Assembly: GCA_019352195.1 (NCBI GenBank)
Contig: JACAFG010000001.1
Location: 2,485 to 66,484, forward strand
DNA: 64,000 nucleotides
Reading direction: 5' to 3'
From: Candidatus Saccharimonadota bacterium
GTDB lineage: Bacteria > Patescibacteriota > Saccharimonadia > UBA4664
Shown one piece after another: positions 30,012 through 40,643 of this stretch (its first letter is position 1; the number at the start of each line of letters is the position of its first letter). Under the pieces are notes generated by a model. The model was given only the letters and a program-made list of their open reading frames with translations. It searched no databases and had not been told where the DNA came from. The translations under genes were made by a program, and so were the position numbers.

Positions 30012-30443
30012 TTAGTTGTTGTTAACCAGTTGGAAAGTGCGGGTCGTGCAAGGAGCTACCGGTGCGATGGTTGCAGTACCATTGTCGCCACCGTTCTCGA
30101 GGCAAGCCGTGAGGTCGTAGGTCGTGTTTGAAGCAGCCGGAGTGTACACGTACACGTAGGGCGACGTGTTCTTCGGGTCGGTAGGAACTGCCTTCATGAT
30201 TGGCGTTGTACCGGTGGTCAACGTGTTCATGTCAACTGGGTAAATGTTGTTGGAAACAAAGTACTCTTCCATTCCTTTTTGGATAGCGCGCAGGTCAGTC
30301 TTGCGCTGAGTGTCACGAGCTTTCTTTGGCGCGGACGTGATGTTTGGGATAATCAGCAGGGCCAGGATGCCGATAATCACGATGACGATGAGGAGCTCGA
30401 GCAGGGTAAATCCGCCTTGCTTCCTCAAAATTTTCTTAAGCAC
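30012..30443 (-). CDS. probable major type IV pilin
   Basis: G|FTLLELLIV signal, ARDTQRKTDL, P-DP, C-terminal Cys pair; strong AGGAGGTG RBS and own terminator. Confidence 0.85.
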   Translation of the reverse strand: MLKKILRKQGGFTLLELLIVIVIIGILALLIIPNITSAPKKARDTQRKTDLRAIQKGMEEYFVSNNIYPVDMNTLTTGTTPIMKAVPTDPKNTSPYVYVYTPAASNTTYDLTACLENGGDNGTATIAPVAPCTTRTFQLVNNN

Positions 30444-30562
30444 GAGTGCTCACCTCCTTACTAATTTGTGGACCAATAAAGCGTGGGCTCTATTTAAGCC
30501 AACTATAAAGCGCTTACGCTTGCGTGTCAATCATGTCTTGGCTAAGGCCATAAACGCAAACC

Positions 30563-30597
30563 GGCCCGGATGCCGCTCATAGAGCGACATCCGGGCC
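30563..30597 (-). terminator. terminator of inserted orphan gene
   Basis: GGCCCGGATG / CATCCGGGCC stem followed on the - strand by GGTTTGCGTTT. Confidence 0.7.
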
Positions 30598-30624
30598 ATG
30601 TGGTTGGTCGGGGCGGAAGGAATT

Positions 30625-31527
30625 TCAGCCGATGGTCTTCGGCTTGATTCCGACTGTCTCGAGCAGCAGATCGCCGCCCGGTTTCCCGAGGCAAAGCCCC
30701 AGGAGGATGTACTTGCCGTTCTCGCAGTTGGCCAGGATGTGCCTGGCCAATGCCACCGAAGGCAGGCTGGACGGTGAAGCCGAAGCAGCGGTGGGAACGA
30801 TCTTGCCGTCGTTGCCGGGAGCCCGCGGGGTGTTGCGCTTCAGAAAGGTGGCGGCGTGGGCGGCGCGGCTCGCTTCGTCGGCGTTGGCTTCTTCGCTCTC
30901 GACGACCCGCACGATCTTGTAGGACCTGCGAATCGAGAGCTGCTCGACGACCCGCCGAATGATCCAGGTGAGGACCAGCCCCGCTCCTATCGCCGCGATG
31001 GGCGTTAGGAGCATGCGGTGGTTGGCGAGCCAGCCGGCGGGAAGTGGGCAGTAGGTGTAGAACCCCCACCCGGCCGCCGCAGCCAACACGACGAACAGCG
31101 TCGGCCACACGAACAGTGCCCGGATGTCGTCACGCTGGTTGGCGCGGATGACGTAGTCGGGCTTGGCCTTCACCAAGATACCGGCCTCGTCGGTGTGGTC
31201 CTCGTCCATCCCCGCGTACTTGCGGTAGTGGATGTCCGAGAGCTTGTACACGATGGTAGCCGCCAGAGCGCCCGAGATGATGGGTATGACGTACGTGTAC
31301 GGCGAGCCAGTCCTGGTGAAGCCGACCACGATATCGCCGATGAGGGCGAAGAGGCCGAGTGCTGCCACGGCGAAGACCTCCGGTCGGAGGTCGTGTGTCA
31401 GCATGCGGTGGCCGGACACCTCCACTCGGTAGCCGACTTTTCCGAACCACACCAGAAACGCCGCCACGATGATGATAGCGATCATCGCGCCTGCGAACGC
31501 TCCAACGGAGCTGAAAATGGTTACCAT
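30625..31527 (-). CDS. orphan membrane protein inserted in the pilus cluster
   Basis: About five TM segments, very GC-rich codons, GGAAGGA RBS, upstream TTGACA-17-TAGTAT. Confidence 0.65.
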   Translation of the reverse strand: MVTIFSSVGAFAGAMIAIIIVAAFLVWFGKVGYRVEVSGHRMLTHDLRPEVFAVAALGLFALIGDIVVGFTRTGSPYTYVIPIISGALAATIVYKLSDIHYRKYAGMDEDHTDEAGILVKAKPDYVIRANQRDDIRALFVWPTLFVVLAAAAGWGFYTYCPLPAGWLANHRMLLTPIAAIGAGLVLTWIIRRVVEQLSIRRSYKIVRVVESEEANADEASRAAHAATFLKRNTPRAPGNDGKIVPTAASASPSSLPSVALARHILANCENGKYILLGLCLGKPGGDLLLETVGIKPKTIG

Positions 31528-31704
31528 GATGTGAAATTCCTTCCAGATTGTGCGAGCATGTGCGAGGCAAACGCCCCGCACATGCGTGGCTATTTGCCGA
31601 TTGATCATACTAACTCATTTTATGGTTTTTGTCAAGGTTATGGTTTCCAAATGTAAGCGTTTTACCAAGCGCTTTAATAACCATAGCAACGTCGATGCTA
31701 AAGC

Positions 31705-32922
31705 TTAAGTTCCGCTTTCCAGAGCCGTAATTGGGCCAAATACCGAAATAACAATAAAACCAACCATGCCGCCAAGCACGATAATAAGAATCGGTTCAAT
31801 AATCGAGGTGATACCAGCTACGACAGTATCAACTTCTTTTTCGTAAAAATCAGCGAGTTTTAGCAAAATTTCATCCATCTGGCCGGTCTCTTCACCGACG
31901 GCAATCATCTGACCCACGATGGCCGGAAAGTTTTTTGAAGCTCTGATAGGTTCGCTCATAGGGCGCCCGTTTTTTACCTTGGTGGCCACATCGGCCAGTT
32001 CATCGCGGTACACCGAGTTACCCAAAGCGCTTTTGGTTGAGTTAATGGCATCGAGCACACTAATGCCGGAGGCCATAAGCGAACCGAACGTCCTGGCAAA
32101 TCGCGCTACGTTCACCTTTACGATAATTGGTCCCATTATCGGCACCTTCAGCATAATCCGGTCGACCACCCGTTTACCCGCTTCAGTTCGGTACCAACGG
32201 ATAAACAGCACGATGCCTCCGACGATCCCACCAATAATAAGCCAGTAGTAGGTGGTGAGCGTCTTAGAGATGGTCAGCATCAGCACCGTGTACCACGGCA
32301 AGGCAATACCGCCGTCTTTGAAGATGCTGGCAAGTTTTGGCACAATTACCGTCATGAGGAAAAAGAACGCCCCAAAGGTTGCCACAGTAATAACTCCCGG
32401 ATAAATCATGGCCGAGCGGATCTTGCCTACCACTTCGGCGTCTTTTTCCTGCTGGGTCGCCAGTCGCTCGAGGACATTGTCCAAAATACCGCCGCTTTCA
32501 CCGGCTCGCACCATGTTGACGTAAATATTGTTAAAGACCTCGGGGTGCAGCGCCATCGCGTTGGCCAGCGTTGCGCCGCCTTCAACCTGTTTCGAGATGT
32601 CGGCAATGGCCGCCCGTAGCCGCTTCGACTCGGACTGCTGTGACAAAATAGCGAGCGACTGCACAATGGGCACGCCGGCATTAATCATGGTGGCAAACTG
32701 GCGGCTAAAGATAACTTTATCCTGAAGTTTTACCTTGGGGGTGATGAATTTATCGAGCAGACTCGTTTTATCACCCGCACTCGAGTGGTCTTCTTTCACC
32801 AAAATGGGGGACAAGCCTTTTTCGATTAAACTCGCTGTAGCTGCGGCACGATCGATGGCTACCATCGTACCTTTTTGAATTAGACCGCCTTTATTGCGGG
32901 CACTGTAGGTAAAACTAGCCAT
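31705..32922 (-). CDS. pilC: type IV pilus platform protein PilC (GspF family)
   Basis: FSRQFATMINAGVP, GESGGILD, AMIYP, GEETG, IEP. Confidence 0.95.
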   Translation of the reverse strand: MASFTYSARNKGGLIQKGTMVAIDRAAATASLIEKGLSPILVKEDHSSAGDKTSLLDKFITPKVKLQDKVIFSRQFATMINAGVPIVQSLAILSQQSESKRLRAAIADISKQVEGGATLANAMALHPEVFNNIYVNMVRAGESGGILDNVLERLATQQEKDAEVVGKIRSAMIYPGVITVATFGAFFFLMTVIVPKLASIFKDGGIALPWYTVLMLTISKTLTTYYWLIIGGIVGGIVLFIRWYRTEAGKRVVDRIMLKVPIMGPIIVKVNVARFARTFGSLMASGISVLDAINSTKSALGNSVYRDELADVATKVKNGRPMSEPIRASKNFPAIVGQMIAVGEETGQMDEILLKLADFYEKEVDTVVAGITSIIEPILIIVLGGMVGFIVISVFGPITALESGT

Positions 32923-34907
32923 TATTCTCTCGTCACGCGTAAGACTTCTTCGATGGTAGTCTGTCCCATGAGAGCCTTCACAAAGCCGTCTTGCTGCATG
33001 GTAAGCATACCGTCGCGCACGGCTTGTAGCTGAATATCATCCGATGTTGCGTGGCTAGTGATCATGCGCGAAATAGCCTGGGTTACTTCAAGGACTTCGT
33101 AGATACCCATGCGGCCGAGATATCCGGCGCCACCGCAATTATCGCAACCTCCACCTGGTCGGTAGAGCAAAAACTGCCCGGATTTTAGCTGCGATGGATC
33201 AACCGCTGGGGCGGCCTCGGGGGCGGTTGATGCCACGGCCGTAGATGCACCAGCCGTTTTGGGCGCGCCCGCTTCGGCTGCAGAACGGTTGATAATGTTA
33301 GGATCAGCCGCAATTTTGTCTAAAATACCGTTAGTAACTTGAATGTCGTGGACCGGCTGAATTACGCGGCCCTTTTTGTGCTCGGTGGGTTCTATAGCAG
33401 CCATTTTTGGCGGTGGAGCTTCGGCTGTTTGAGCTGCCACCGCAACTTCACCCTTCATTTCGTGGAAGTGCTTGAGCGACGCCTCCAGCTGGAAATCACG
33501 CTTGATGTTAGCCATCTCGGCGGTTTCTGGAACATACGGGATGCGACAGACGTTGCATAATCGCCGCACCAAACGTTGACCAATAACGGTGTTTACCGTT
33601 GAGGCAATCAAGAACGGCTCAATACCCATATCCAATAGACGCGGCAAACACGTGGCCGCGTTGTTGGTGTGAAGTGTACTTAGTACCACGTGACCAGTAA
33701 GAGCAGCCTGCACCGCAAGGTCGGCCGTCTCACCGTCTCGTACCTCACCAACCATGATGATGTTGGGGTCTTGCCTTAGCAGTGCGCGCAGTCCAGCCGC
33801 AAAGGTCATGCCGGCTTTAGGGTTAGTTTGAGTTTGGTTAACCCCAGAAATGCGGTATTCCACCGGGTCTTCAATGGTAGAAATATTGACGGCCGGTGTA
33901 TTGAGTAAGCTCAGCACCGAGTACAGCGTAGTACTCTTACCCGATCCGGTAGGTCCCGTCACCAGGGTCATGCCGTGGGGTTTGTGGAGGTTGCGGCCAA
34001 TTACTTCGAGGCTGCGGCCCTCAAAGCCCAATTCTTCGAGCGTTTGAGCGCGCGTCGACTCGTCCAAAATACGCATTACCACCTTTTCGCCGTCCATAAT
34101 TGGCAAGGTTGAAACACGCAGCGCCACTTGCTTTGAGCCCAAAGTAAACTTAAACCGGCCGTCCTGGGGAATGCGGTGCTCGTCGATTTTGAGGTTGGCC
34201 AAAATCTTGATACGTGAGATTACGGCCAGCAAAATAGGCTTTGGCAGCGTCATCGTTTCGCGCAAAATACCGTCGATGCGGTAGCGCACCTGGACGATGT
34301 TTTCGCGCGGCTCGAGGTGAATATCAGACGCCCGGCTCTTGACCGCATATTCTAAAATAACGTTAACCGTTTTAGCAATCGGTGCATCTTCAGCTAAATC
34401 TTTGGCCGAGATCTTCTCAGTTTGTTCTTCGGCATCGGCACTGGAGTCTTTAATGGCTTTGGTGATTTCGCTCGAAATTTCACCTTTGTATTGGTCGAGC
34501 GCGCCCGCAATATCGGCAGCTGTCGCCATATAAATGCGCAGTTTGCCGCCAATTTGCTTGGTAATAAAGTCGGCCGCCTGAAAGTCTTCGGGGTCTGCCA
34601 TGGCCAGCTGCAGCTGATCTTCGGTAGTGCCAAACAATACTGCCTGATACTTGCGCGCGATGCGCTCCGGAATTTTTAGTAAGATCTCACGGGGAATTTT
34701 TACATCACCTAACTCTACAAATGGTACTTCGAGGCTGGCGGCGTAGAGCTGCGTGAGGTCTTTTTCGCTCATTAGTTTATGTTTTAGCACATTGCCGAGC
34801 AAGCTATCGTTGGATCCTTCAACAGGCATAACTTCACTAAGAGCCGCCTCCTTAACTTTTCCGGAGGCAATTAGCAGCTTCTTTAAATCGGGATCAGCAA
34901 TGCGCAT
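32922..34907 (-). CDS. pilB: type IV pilus assembly ATPase PilB (GspE family)
   Basis: ASDIHLEP, PQDGR, GPTGSGKST, TIEDPVE, LRQDP, GEVRD, TGH. Confidence 0.95.
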   Translation of the reverse strand: MRIADPDLKKLLIASGKVKEAALSEVMPVEGSNDSLLGNVLKHKLMSEKDLTQLYAASLEVPFVELGDVKIPREILLKIPERIARKYQAVLFGTTEDQLQLAMADPEDFQAADFITKQIGGKLRIYMATAADIAGALDQYKGEISSEITKAIKDSSADAEEQTEKISAKDLAEDAPIAKTVNVILEYAVKSRASDIHLEPRENIVQVRYRIDGILRETMTLPKPILLAVISRIKILANLKIDEHRIPQDGRFKFTLGSKQVALRVSTLPIMDGEKVVMRILDESTRAQTLEELGFEGRSLEVIGRNLHKPHGMTLVTGPTGSGKSTTLYSVLSLLNTPAVNISTIEDPVEYRISGVNQTQTNPKAGMTFAAGLRALLRQDPNIIMVGEVRDGETADLAVQAALTGHVVLSTLHTNNAATCLPRLLDMGIEPFLIASTVNTVIGQRLVRRLCNVCRIPYVPETAEMANIKRDFQLEASLKHFHEMKGEVAVAAQTAEAPPPKMAAIEPTEHKKGRVIQPVHDIQVTNGILDKIAADPNIINRSAAEAGAPKTAGASTAVASTAPEAAPAVDPSQLKSGQFLLYRPGGGCDNCGGAGYLGRMGIYEVLEVTQAISRMITSHATSDDIQLQAVRDGMLTMQQDGFVKALMGQTTIEEVLRVTRE

Positions 34908-35168
34908 AGTTATGACCATATTAGCATAAGAACTAACAAGCGATATAACCAACTTTTCATTGACAAATGCCGTTTTTAAAGCGTAACAACTTTACCCATC
35001 GCTACAGCTCTACCCGGTGAATTCAAATGATGGCCGCGCCCGCAAAAGCCGCCAGCACCACCCAAGCCGCCGACTCAAATCAACCGCGGCGGCGGCATCT
35101 GTGCGTCGAGGGAGGGGGTTATGGTTGCTCTTGCTCCTTGGTGGTCTTACCATTGGCTCATATTAGTT

Positions 35169-35645
35169 ATGAGTTTTGCCATGACCTTATCGATTTCTAC
35201 CAGCGAGCCCGCCTCTACTTTGGCTGCCGCCGCGAAATTAGCCTCCCACCTCCAGGGCGGGGAGGTAATAGAGCTGCGTAGCGACTTGGGCGGCGGAAAG
35301 ACCACCTTTGTTAAGGGGCTTGCCGCGGCCCTCGGCTATACCGGTAGCGTCACCAGCCCCACGTTTACCCTCAGCCAAATTTATCAGTTACCAGGTGGAC
35401 GTGAGCTGCACCACTATGATTTGTATCGCCTCACCGAAGCCGGTGTGGTTGGCAGCGAGCTAAGTGAAGACATTGGCCAGCCTGACATTATTACCGTGAT
35501 CGAATGGGCGGGAATTGCCGAAACCGCCTTACCTGCCGATCGCGTAGTTATCGACTTAATTGTGACCGGCGAAAATGATCGTGAGCTCAATTTTTCGGCT
35601 ACTGGTCCCCAGGCGGCCCAACTAATCGAGGATATCAAGCAATGA
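35169..35645 (+). CDS. tsaE: tRNA threonylcarbamoyladenosine biosynthesis ATPase TsaE
   Basis: DLGGGKTTF, VTSPTF, HYDLYRL, IEW. Confidence 0.93.
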   Translation: MSFAMTLSISTSEPASTLAAAAKLASHLQGGEVIELRSDLGGGKTTFVKGLAAALGYTGSVTSPTFTLSQIYQLPGGRELHHYDLYRLTEAGVVGSELSEDIGQPDIITVIEWAGIAETALPADRVVIDLIVTGENDRELNFSATGPQAAQLIEDIKQ

Positions 35646-36034
35646 TTCTAGCTATTGAAGCCGCCTCACCAACTACCAAATTGTGGCTTGAGAAAGATCC
35701 GAAAGCCACCCACCCAACCGTAGTTTGGGACAGCGGACGCACACTCGCCGATGGTTTACTTGGTCAAATCGACAACTTGCTAAAGCAGTCCCAGATGCAA
35801 TTATCAGACCTAACCGGCATCGTGGTCTTTTCTGGCCCCGGCTCGTTTACCTCATTGCGCGTTGGTCATAGCGTTGCCAATGCTTTGGCTGATAGTCTCA
35901 AAATTCCTGTAGTCGGCCAGCAAGGTGATGGCTGGCTGGCAGACGGACTCGCTCGTCTCGCCGGGGGTTCCAATGATCAAATCGTGCTGCCGTTCTATGG
36001 CGCCGAAGCCAATATTAGTAAACCCAAAGCTTGA
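35642..36034 (+). CDS. tsaB: short TsaB
   Basis: GPGSFTSLRVG, ANAL; ATGA coupling to tsaE. Confidence 0.85.
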   Translation: MILAIEAASPTTKLWLEKDPKATHPTVVWDSGRTLADGLLGQIDNLLKQSQMQLSDLTGIVVFSGPGSFTSLRVGHSVANALADSLKIPVVGQQGDGWLADGLARLAGGSNDQIVLPFYGAEANISKPKA

Positions 36035-36153
36035 CCGGCCTGCCAGATAAAGCCATAGTTACAACGTAATTTGACATGCCGCCTCCGTAACGGCTCTATC
36101 CTGGCACGCCGTGCCCTCAAGGATGCCCGCGGCCTCAACAGAAAGGGACCCCA

Positions 36154-37032
36154 ATGTCCCGTCGTCCGCCCAACCTGCTCAGCCTACCCGGCTCTAGGGT
36201 GATGAAATTCATACAGGTGCTGTCCGATGCCGATTTGCGCGCCGAAGAAGCCCTCGAGATGATCGCTAACCCAGAACTCGCGAGCCACTGGGTTTGGAAG
36301 CTGCGCGCCGGCAAGCTGGCCGAATACGCCGAGCCTTTCCACGGAATCTTCACTCAGCCTGAAGTTCAGGTAGAAAATCTGCGTCGCTGGAACGAACACC
36401 TGAGGCTGAATTTCTCAGACAACCGCATTAAGGCCATGCGCGACAGCATTCCTGCCAATCGTGACAACGGTCCAAACATGGGGCTCACCCTGTGCTGGAC
36501 TAAGCAAAGCTTCGAGCTAACCATCGCCGGCAAAATCACTGTCCTCCAAGGCCATTTTGGGACCAGCCTAACATCTCGAGTTGGCGAGCGAATGCTACAC
36601 CGCCTCGATCGTAAGATCGAGTCCGGGTGGGTTGAAGGCGAAGACCGCCTGTGGTGGGAATTTATCGACCTCGGGCGCACCCGTGGTTATGGTGTTCGCG
36701 AAGCTGGGTCACGCATGGCGGGCTTCTCGGTGCTCGACGCCATCTGCCAGTCACCGGCTTATTTTCAGCACACCACTCAACCACGCCCAGGGCTCGTCAT
36801 CGGCAACCTCAGAGAGTGGTCCCAGCGCGGTTATCCCAACGCGTGGCGTTATCTCGCTCTCACGCCCGTACTCGGTATTGAGGGCGGGGCGGTCCTAACG
36901 TATAGTGACGGCTTTGCCCAGCCGGATTACACGGTACCGTTGTCCGTGCGGGCCGATTTCGGCGAGTCCGAAGCCCGGTTAGTGACGGCTCGAAGTCCAG
37001 TTACCGATCACCGCCCACAAAGCGCCTTCTGA
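36154..37032 (+). CDS. orphan hypothetical protein
   Basis: 292-aa ORF with GAAAGGGA RBS, upstream TTGACA and downstream long hairpin. Confidence 0.65.
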   Translation: MSRRPPNLLSLPGSRVMKFIQVLSDADLRAEEALEMIANPELASHWVWKLRAGKLAEYAEPFHGIFTQPEVQVENLRRWNEHLRLNFSDNRIKAMRDSIPANRDNGPNMGLTLCWTKQSFELTIAGKITVLQGHFGTSLTSRVGERMLHRLDRKIESGWVEGEDRLWWEFIDLGRTRGYGVREAGSRMAGFSVLDAICQSPAYFQHTTQPRPGLVIGNLREWSQRGYPNAWRYLALTPVLGIEGGAVLTYSDGFAQPDYTVPLSVRADFGESEARLVTARSPVTDHRPQSAF

Positions 37033-37037
37033 TTCAC

Positions 37038-37082
37038 GCGCGGTCTATCATCGCCTTAGTAATTGGCGATGATGGTCCGCGC
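37038..37082 (+). terminator. intrinsic terminator
   Basis: GCGCGG..TATCATCGCC / GGCGATGATG..CCGCGC then CGTTTTGTT. Confidence 0.65.
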
Positions 37083-37234
37083 CGTTTTGTTATGAGCGCA
37101 GCCACAATCGCGGTCAAAGCTTGACGTTAACAGGTAAAGCTCGTTTAATTAAGGCGTACTGTTATACCCGATAAACTTTAGCCACTACTTCTGATACCTT
37201 GCCGCTCTTTTCCGTGGCTTGCCGAAAGGCCCCA

Positions 37235-38758
37235 ATGTTTCCCATGATCTTACCCTGGCTCATAGCCGCCCTTGTGGGTGGTGGCGCCGGATACTCGTAT
37301 AACTATTTTGTCGGCAAACGACGAACCGAAACCGCCTCGGCCAAAGCCAAGGAGGTTTTAGATGATGCTCGCGCTAAGGCCAAAGAAACCGTTCTGGAAG
37401 CCAAGAGTGAAGCTATCAAAATTGCCGAGTCGGCCAGGCGAGATGAAAATGAGCGCCGCGCGCAGGTAGGCGCCACCGAGCGTCAGTTACTTGCTCGACA
37501 AACGAGCCTTGATCAAAAACTCGAAGAGCTTGATCGCCGCGGCGAGCGCTTGCGTCAATCCGAAACCGAACTCGATAGCCTCAAAGATGAGCTTCGCGGT
37601 ATTCGCACCAAACAGCAGGATAACCTCGAAAAAATTGCCAAATTATCCCGCGATGAAGCTCGCGAAAAACTCCTTCAAATGACCGAACGTGACATGCGCG
37701 CCGATCTTACCAAGCTAGCGGCTAAGCTGCAGGCCGATACTAAAACTGACGCCGAAGACAACGCACGCCTCATACTGATGACTGCCATGGAGCGTATTGC
37801 ATCGGACCAAACTACCGAGCGCACCATTACCACTGTCCCGCTACCAAGCGACGAGCTCAAAGGCCGTGTTATTGGCAAAGAAGGCCGCAACATCCAAGCG
37901 CTCGAACGAGCCACCGGCGTCGACGTGATTATTGATGAAACCCCCGGCGCCATCGTATTGTCGAGCTTCGACCCGATCCGCCGCCAAGTAGCCCGAGTTG
38001 CCCTCGAAAAACTGTTATCCGACGGCCGTATTCACCCAGCCCGTATCGAAGAGGTAGTGGCTAAAGCTCAGTCTGAGATCAACAAGCAAATGCGCGAGGC
38101 TGGTGAAAAAGCGCTCAAAGAAACCGGTGTTGTCGGCGTGCCAATCGAACTCGTCGATTTGCTCGGCGGGCTCAAATTCCGTACCAGCTACTCGCAAAAC
38201 GTACTAAAGCACTCGGTTGAAATGACGCATTTGGCCGGTATGATTGCCAAGGAAATTGGCGCCGACGTGCGGATTGCTAAAACCGCCGCGCTGCTCCACG
38301 ACGTCGGTAAAGCCGTCACGCACGAAGTCGAAGGGGGACACCACCACATTGGCGCCGACCTCGCGCGCCAGTACGGCATGGAAGAGGCCATCAGTCACGC
38401 CATCCAGGCTCACCATGACGATGTCGAAGCTACTACACCCGAAGCCCTCGTAGTGCGTGTAGTTGACGCCTTAAGCGCCGGCCGCCCTGGCGCCAGAGGT
38501 GACACGTTAGAGAACTACTCCAAGCGTATGACCGAACTCGAAAACCTGGCCAACAGTTTCCCTGGCATCTCGAAAAGCTACGCCATCTCCGCTGGCCGCG
38601 AGCTGCGCATTATCGTCGAACCGGAAAACATCGACGATTTATCTGCTATCAAACTCGCGCGCGATATTGCTACCAAAGTAGAAGCCACACTTAAATATCC
38701 GGGCGTCATCAAAGTAAACGTAATCCGCGAAACCCGCGCCATTGAATATGCCAAGTAG
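37235..38758 (+). CDS. rny: ribonuclease Y
   Basis: N-terminal TM, coiled coil, KH (KGRVIGKEGRNI), HD (LLHDVGK), RPGAR. Confidence 0.96.
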   Translation: MFPMILPWLIAALVGGGAGYSYNYFVGKRRTETASAKAKEVLDDARAKAKETVLEAKSEAIKIAESARRDENERRAQVGATERQLLARQTSLDQKLEELDRRGERLRQSETELDSLKDELRGIRTKQQDNLEKIAKLSRDEAREKLLQMTERDMRADLTKLAAKLQADTKTDAEDNARLILMTAMERIASDQTTERTITTVPLPSDELKGRVIGKEGRNIQALERATGVDVIIDETPGAIVLSSFDPIRRQVARVALEKLLSDGRIHPARIEEVVAKAQSEINKQMREAGEKALKETGVVGVPIELVDLLGGLKFRTSYSQNVLKHSVEMTHLAGMIAKEIGADVRIAKTAALLHDVGKAVTHEVEGGHHHIGADLARQYGMEEAISHAIQAHHDDVEATTPEALVVRVVDALSAGRPGARGDTLENYSKRMTELENLANSFPGISKSYAISAGRELRIIVEPENIDDLSAIKLARDIATKVEATLKYPGVIKVNVIRETRAIEYAK

Positions 38759-38779
38759 CGCCCGAGATATGGACAAATA

Positions 38780-39378
38780 ATGCTCGATTCACGCTTCCTC
38801 TACCTTGCTGCCGTCATCGAGTTAATCGGTGTCGCCGCCTACGCCTTTGATACCTTTAAAGGCAACACCAAACCAAACCGTGTAACGTGGCTATTATGGA
38901 CCGTAGTGCCGTTTATCGCGTTTTTTGCTCAAATAAGCGAAGGGGCAGGACTTGCAACTATCTTAACGCTCGCGGTCGGACTGGGGCCGTTATTGGTACT
39001 GTTAGCCTCATTTTTAAACAAACAGTCATATTGGCAAGTAACCAAATTTGACCTTATTTGCGGGGTAATATCAGTACTTGCACTCATATTGTGGTACATC
39101 ACCGGCAAAGGAAATGTCGCCATTATTTTCAGCATGTTAGCCGATTTTATGGCAGCCGTCCCCACGCTCGTAAAGGCCTGGAAATATCCGAAACCGAAAG
39201 CGCCAACGCCTTTTTCGCGGGTATTATTGCGGCCGCTCTCACGCTCCTGGCACTGCCAGCATATAATTTTGCCACTGTCGGCTTCCCGCTGTACTTACTG
39301 CTCAACGGCATGCTGCTGTTTGTGGTTATCCAATTTCCAGGTTTGCGGCCTAAGACATTAATTGGTCGTTCGGTGTAA
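38780..39378 (+). CDS. membrane protein, frameshifted near 39190
   Basis: KPNRVTWLLW...PTLVKAWKYP in one frame; ETES...PLYLLLN continuation in the 39058-39378 frame. Confidence 0.7.
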
Positions 39379-39416
39379 GACGCGCTATCCTGTAACTAAC
39401 TTATGAAACAATACCA

Positions 39417-40211
39417 ATGAAAATTTTATATCTCGGCGACATCATGGGTAAGCCCGGTCGCAACGTTGTTACCAAATTATTGCCAGCACTTATTACTGAG
39501 CGCGGCATCGACTTTGTGGTAGCTCAAGGTGAAAACTTGTCCCATGGCAAAGGCCTCGAAATCAATCATGTCGAAGCCATGATGGCTGCTGGCATCAACG
39601 CCTTTACCGCTGGCAACTGGACCAGCCACCGCCCCGGCATCATCCCGTGGCTCGAAGATCCGGCCAAACCCTTGGTGCGCTGTGCCAATTACCCTGAAGG
39701 CACGCCTGGCCGCGGCTACAAAATTGTGGATACTCCAATGGGCAAAATCCTCATTGCAAGCCTGCTTGGTCAAGTCGTTGGTTATATTGATCACCCGGTC
39801 GATAATCCGCTTCATGTTATCGACAAAATTCTTGAAGAAACTAAACACGAAAATTTGATCGCCCGGGTGGTCAATTTTCATGGCGATTTCTCGAGTGAAA
39901 AACTTGTCATAGGTCGCTACCTCGACGGCCGCGCGACGCTCGTAGTGGGTGATCATTGGCATGTTCCAACCGCCGACGCCAAATTGCTCCCAGGTGGAAC
40001 CGCACACATCACCGACGTTGGTATGGTGGGATCGTACGATTCGTGTCTGGGCGTGCAAACTGACGTCATAATTAAACGCTGGCTAACCGACGAGCGTAGC
40101 CGTAATGAACTTGAGGAAAGCGGCCAAATGTGGCTTTGTGGCGTGCTAATTGACGTAAATACAGCATCTGGCCAAGCGACTACGGTAGAACAGATCATAA
40201 AATTTGTGTAA
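39417..40211 (+). CDS. ymdB: YmdB-like (TIGR00282) metallophosphoesterase
   Basis: GDIMGKPGR, GEN, SEK, HWHVPTAD, TDVGMVG; classic position after rny. Confidence 0.9.
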   Translation: MKILYLGDIMGKPGRNVVTKLLPALITERGIDFVVAQGENLSHGKGLEINHVEAMMAAGINAFTAGNWTSHRPGIIPWLEDPAKPLVRCANYPEGTPGRGYKIVDTPMGKILIASLLGQVVGYIDHPVDNPLHVIDKILEETKHENLIARVVNFHGDFSSEKLVIGRYLDGRATLVVGDHWHVPTADAKLLPGGTAHITDVGMVGSYDSCLGVQTDVIIKRWLTDERSRNELEESGQMWLCGVLIDVNTASGQATTVEQIIKFV

Positions 40212-40279
40212 AACCAGTCTTTACCCCCTGCCAAGCCACGACTACCATAGGACAAGTAACGCGAGGAGAAATTCAGATT

Positions 40280-40552
40280 ATGACCAAGCAGCAACTCATT
40301 GAAACGTTGGCAGCCGAGACGAATACTACAAAACGCCACGTTGAGCAGATGCTTTCAAGTTTTGTAAACGTTGTTGAGCGCACGGTTGCCAAAGGCGAAA
40401 AAGTTTCGATCACCGGATTCGGTACTTTTGATCTCGGGAAACGTGCCGCTCGCCGTGGCGTGAACCCGCAAACTGGCGCCGAAATCCACATTCCCGAAAT
40501 GGCCATGCCGCGCTTTCGCGCCGGTAAGCGGCTCAAAGAAACCTTGCGCTAG
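40280..40552 (+). CDS. hup: DNA-binding protein HU
   Basis: GFGTF, RAARRGVNPQTG, PRFRAGK. Confidence 0.95.
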   Translation: MTKQQLIETLAAETNTTKRHVEQMLSSFVNVVERTVAKGEKVSITGFGTFDLGKRAARRGVNPQTGAEIHIPEMAMPRFRAGKRLKETLR

Positions 40553-40571
40553 CCCAGAGCTCTCTGCGCAG

Positions 40572-40611
40572 AAAGTCCCCGCCAACAGGAATTCCTGAAG
40601 GCGGGGACTTT
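40572..40611. terminator. bidirectional terminator
   Basis: AAAGTCCCCGCC / GGCGGGGACTTT. Confidence 0.75.
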
Positions 40612-40643
40612 TGATAGCGGTCAGGCGAACAAGCGGTGACTGA

